A program made the position numbers and the translations under genes. A DNA stretch of 64,000 bases from Candidatus Komeilibacteria bacterium (GTDB taxonomy: Bacteria > Patescibacteriota > Patescibacteriia > UBA1558 > UBA10009), in contig JAPLWM010000007.1 in NCBI GenBank assembly GCA_026396575.1, forward strand, positions 76,760 to 140,759, written 5' to 3'. Of the stretch, positions 61,247-64,000 are shown piece after piece. The notes under the pieces are model-generated. The model saw nothing but the letters and a program-made list of their open reading frames with translations. It had not been told where the DNA came from and made no database searches. Position 1 is the first letter of the stretch. Each line of letters opens with the position of its first letter.

Positions 61247-61954
61247 TTACGCCAATTCAATTAATTTTTTGGCGATGATTGGTATTTCTTTTTGAAAAAA
61301 TTTTTTAACCTCTTTCCATGAAATTTTAAAATTAATCATCGGCTGGGGATCGTTTTCCGCATCGTCAAAATAAACCAAACTTTTTAAAAGATGGTGATAA
61401 TCGTGGGCAACCAAGGGATATTGCGTTTTTAACCGTTTAATAATATTGATTAACGGTTCATTGTTTTTAGCGCACCAGTACAAATCAAAAAAATCTCTTT
61501 TCCGGCCGCGCTGGGAAATAGCGATGACTTTCATGACCGCGATATCGGCTAGCGGCAAAATCCTAACAAAGCCGTAAAATTGCGGCTGGCCTTTGGGAAT
61601 AAAAACAGGATAAGCGATAAAGCTTACCTTGGCCTTAAACAGTTCGCCGTAAACAGTGCCGGGTTCTTTAAAATTTGTCTTCCAAACCGGCTGTTCGACA
61701 AAACGGCCCAATAACTTTTTTTCATCAAACTTGCTTTTTGGCAGGAAAAAATCCAAATCAACGGAACAACGATGGCCCGCCAAGAGGGCCAGAGCCGTGC
61801 CGCCAGCCAAATACCATTTTGAATTTTTCAGCCACGTTTGTTTGGATAAAAAATCAAGCGCCTTTTTTGTATTTCGCGGCAAGATTTGATCATGCCAAAT
61901 TATTTGGTGTTTGTCAGCAAGGTCCATAAAGCTTTTGTTCTTGGCCTTAAACAT
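61247..61954 (-). CDS. AbiEii/AbiGii-family nucleotidyltransferase (type IV toxin-antitoxin or abortive-infection toxin-like)
   Basis: WYLAGGTALALLAGHRCSVDLDFF matches the DUF1814/AbiEii GGTAL...HR.S.D.DF signature, and the length (~235 aa) is typical. Confidence 0.6.
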   Translation of the reverse strand: MFKAKNKSFMDLADKHQIIWHDQILPRNTKKALDFLSKQTWLKNSKWYLAGGTALALLAGHRCSVDLDFFLPKSKFDEKKLLGRFVEQPVWKTNFKEPGTVYGELFKAKVSFIAYPVFIPKGQPQFYGFVRILPLADIAVMKVIAISQRGRKRDFFDLYWCAKNNEPLINIIKRLKTQYPLVAHDYHHLLKSLVYFDDAENDPQPMINFKISWKEVKKFFQKEIPIIAKKLIELA

Positions 61955-62181
61955 CGCGATTTAGCGATTACCCGGCGCAAAAATGATTTATCGTAATAAT
62001 TTAAAACCCAGCGCGCTTCTTTATCATTGCCAAAATCAGCCACCCGTTCAATGATATACTGGGCGTTTTTTTTAGGGTTAATACTAGATGGTTTAGTGTC
62101 CCAAAATAATGATTGCCTGAATTGCATATGCTGATTATAGTATAAATTTGCCTTAAAAACAACCGTATTATTAGATAACAA
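61900..62181 (-). CDS. Small upstream ORF overlapping the AbiEii-like start. Possible cognate antitoxin, no recognisable domain
   Basis: 93-aa ORF with no winged helix-turn-helix, so it is not a canonical AbiEi. It may be spurious. Confidence 0.25.
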   Translation of the reverse strand: MLSNNTVVFKANLYYNQHMQFRQSLFWDTKPSSINPKKNAQYIIERVADFGNDKEARWVLNYYDKSFLRRVIAKSRCLRPRTKALWTLLTNTK

Positions 62182-62207
62182 TATTGCCAGCGGGCTTGTT
62201 TTTACAG

Positions 62208-63566
62208 CTACAAAATTATCAGTATGGTTAAGATTAAAATCAAACCCAGACCAAGCGCGACCGAACGAGGATGCTGTTTTTTAATCTCAATAAAGACATT
62301 AAGCGCTAAAGCGATAATGGCTAAAAACAAAATTATTTTAAAGTAGATGGAGCTGATGTTAAAAATTTCACTTAGGGCTTTATTGGGATTGCTCCTTAAA
62401 AGCGCGTATTGCCTGGCCAAAGAGGTTTTCCAGGGCGTAATGCTTTTTAAATTAAGGTCAGTTTGGGTAACCTGGCCGGTTTTATCCGTTACGGCGAGAG
62501 ACGCCGGCATAATCGGCTGGGCATTGTTTTGGCCGGCTTCATTCGAGAAAACAATGGCCTGCCCTTGCCAGCTGCCATCGGCCGTTTGTGCCAGCGGTAT
62601 GGTTTTATCCAAAACAGTTGCCATGGCCGCTTGGGTATCCGGCACCAAAGCCGCCTCAACTTTAATCAACCGTTCATTTTTGCCAACGGGCTGATCAATG
62701 GTAACATTGGTCTTTGTCCTATCGGCTATAGGCGAAGTTAGGGCGGTTTTTTCCGATAAAACCGCTTTAGATCCGGTGTTATCAGCCGGCTTGGGGGTTA
62801 TTGCCGAAGGGGCTTTAACCTCCGGTTGGGTAGCGCTGATGGGTGAACCAAAATATTGGGCCACCAAAACCGTTTGATTATTATTAAAAATATCGCCGGC
62901 AAAACTTACGCCGATTTCGCTAAAACTTGAGTCAATCAGGTTATCATAGTGGGTGGGGCTTTTTTCCCAGGCCGCCATTACTTCTTGGGAATTATTATAA
63001 CCCATGGCTAAATTTTCTCCGGCCACGGCGTAATTGTAGCCAACCTGGCCCAGCCAATAGGCCAAGCCGATGCTTTGCGGACTAATGTGGGCGAAATATT
63101 TGTTTAAAAACATGTCCTGGACTTTTTCATAAGCCGCATTGTTTAATTGAGAATTTTCCAATACGGTTGGCGCAGCCAAAGTGCTTCTTAATTTATTGGT
63201 AAGCGCGATAATTTTTTCGCCCTGCTCTTTCATTACGTCCGGCGTCATCCAGGCCGATAAGGGATATAATAAAACAAAAACCACAACCACCAGTTTAATG
63301 GCAATGGCGCTTATGGCATGGAATAAAACTCGGCGGGGATGCAAGGAGCGGGGCTGGTAATTATTGCCCTGATGCGGGATAAAAAAATCCTTCAAAGAAC
63401 CTCCGCCTAAAGGATTGCGGCCCATTTTAACCGCTTGGCCGTCGCTTATGCCATCGCCGTCGGTATCCGGATTATCAGGGTCGGTGCCGTAAATCCGCTC
63501 CTGGGCATCGGTTAAACCGTCGTTATCCGAATCGGTAGAGAAATCTTTTTTAGTTAGTTTAGGCAT
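62208..63566 (-). CDS. CAP/SCP (PR-1-like) domain membrane protein with N-terminal Asp-rich calcium-binding-like repeats and two TM helices
   Basis: [33 protein letters not shown], then a TM helix, then a CAP domain (YFAHISPQ...GENLAMGY...HYDNLI), then a C-terminal TM helix. Confidence 0.65.
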   Translation of the reverse strand: MPKLTKKDFSTDSDNDGLTDAQERIYGTDPDNPDTDGDGISDGQAVKMGRNPLGGGSLKDFFIPHQGNNYQPRSLHPRRVLFHAISAIAIKLVVVVFVLLYPLSAWMTPDVMKEQGEKIIALTNKLRSTLAAPTVLENSQLNNAAYEKVQDMFLNKYFAHISPQSIGLAYWLGQVGYNYAVAGENLAMGYNNSQEVMAAWEKSPTHYDNLIDSSFSEIGVSFAGDIFNNNQTVLVAQYFGSPISATQPEVKAPSAITPKPADNTGSKAVLSEKTALTSPIADRTKTNVTIDQPVGKNERLIKVEAALVPDTQAAMATVLDKTIPLAQTADGSWQGQAIVFSNEAGQNNAQPIMPASLAVTDKTGQVTQTDLNLKSITPWKTSLARQYALLRSNPNKALSEIFNISSIYFKIILFLAIIALALNVFIEIKKQHPRSVALGLGLILILTILIIL

Positions 63567-63588
63567 TGTTTATTTAGGTGAATAAGCA

Positions 63589-63628
63589 AAGATACCATAA
63601 ATCTCCTTAAAATACAAGAAAATCAGCA
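63589..63628 (-). promoter_or_regulatory. Second copy of the TTGTAT promoter motif (-10 TATCTT), including CTGATTTTC, upstream of the CAP-domain gene
   Basis: The 22-bp core ccttaaaatacaagaaaatcag is shared with 53594-53615, and the consensus-like promoter geometry is preserved. Confidence 0.4.
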
Positions 63629-63681
63629 AAACTTAACCTGCACTTAATCCCCTCATTATTAAAGAGGGGTAGGGGGTGATT

Positions 63682-64000
63682 GTTATTCCGCTATCTGGGC
63701 CGAATTGCCCTGTTTTTTAAAGCTTTGCGGCGATTTGTTTATGGCGTCGCTTAGGGAAATCGGCGTTTGTTCCAAGGTTGCCTGATCCAAATGAACTGTT
63801 TTATCCGCGGTTTTAGCCAACCTTTCCTCTTTGCTTTTTTTAAGGCAGTTTTTGCAGTAGATGGGTTTTTTAGGATCGGGAATGAAATTTAATACGGTAG
63901 CGGCGCCGCAATTATCGCAGACCGCCTTGAACTGGATGCTCTTGGCCGTAGGCGGAATATGTTTAGCTGGCGGCAGGGCCTCGGGCTCTCTTTTTTTATT
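63682..64000 (-). CDS. C-terminal end of a gene running off the window edge. It encodes a C4 zinc ribbon (CDNCGAATV...CKNC)
   Basis: The minus strand reads open from the window edge to a TAA stop at 63682-63684. It is absent from the track because it has no in-window start. Confidence 0.35.

Overview
This is a low-GC bacterial chromosomal segment whose gene content looks like a Candidate Phyla Radiation (Patescibacteria-type) genome. The gene content is mostly housekeeping and cell-envelope functions, with two tRNAs. Main blocks, in order: murJ and lepA; a Phd/MazF toxin-antitoxin pair; two minus-strand tRNAs (Thr-CGU, Gly-CCC); a division/envelope block (ftsB-like, PpiC isomerase, RlpA-like, ftsE, ftsX); a ribosomal block (infA, rpmJ, rpsM, rpsK, rpsD, rpoA, rplQ, rplM, rpsI); a 7-gene glycan cluster (flippase, GT4/GT2 transferases, O-antigen-ligase-like polymerase); lysS and serS; a murF-like/DegT/FemAB/FtsQ-like peptidoglycan block; gltX, def, fmt; and the CPR-type AMP-salvage operon (e2b2 isomerase, form II/III RuBisCO, AMP phosphorylase). 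The accessory end (53.6-64 kb) is the most unusual part: an AT-rich islet encoding a GHKL-ATPase plus STAS-like (DUF4325-like) pair, a secreted repeat protein, a 1536-aa MBG-repeat giant adhesin whose 5' coding end carries a (CT)17 dinucleotide tract and which contains a 714-bp tandem duplication, an AbiEii-like nucleotidyltransferase module, and a CAP-domain membrane protein. Other observations: a GC-rich zinc-ribbon islet with consensus minus-strand promoters, two 32-bp perfect palindromes sharing identical 14-bp arms at two convergent gene junctions, a shared promoter motif upstream of two minus-strand transcription units, an rpoA that lacks an alpha-CTD and ends in an AT-hook-like tail, and a murF-like ligase with a 4-TM N-terminus. 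No rRNA, CRISPR array or transposase was seen. All coordinates and calls rest on reading the sequence and the ORF translations by eye; no database searches were run.
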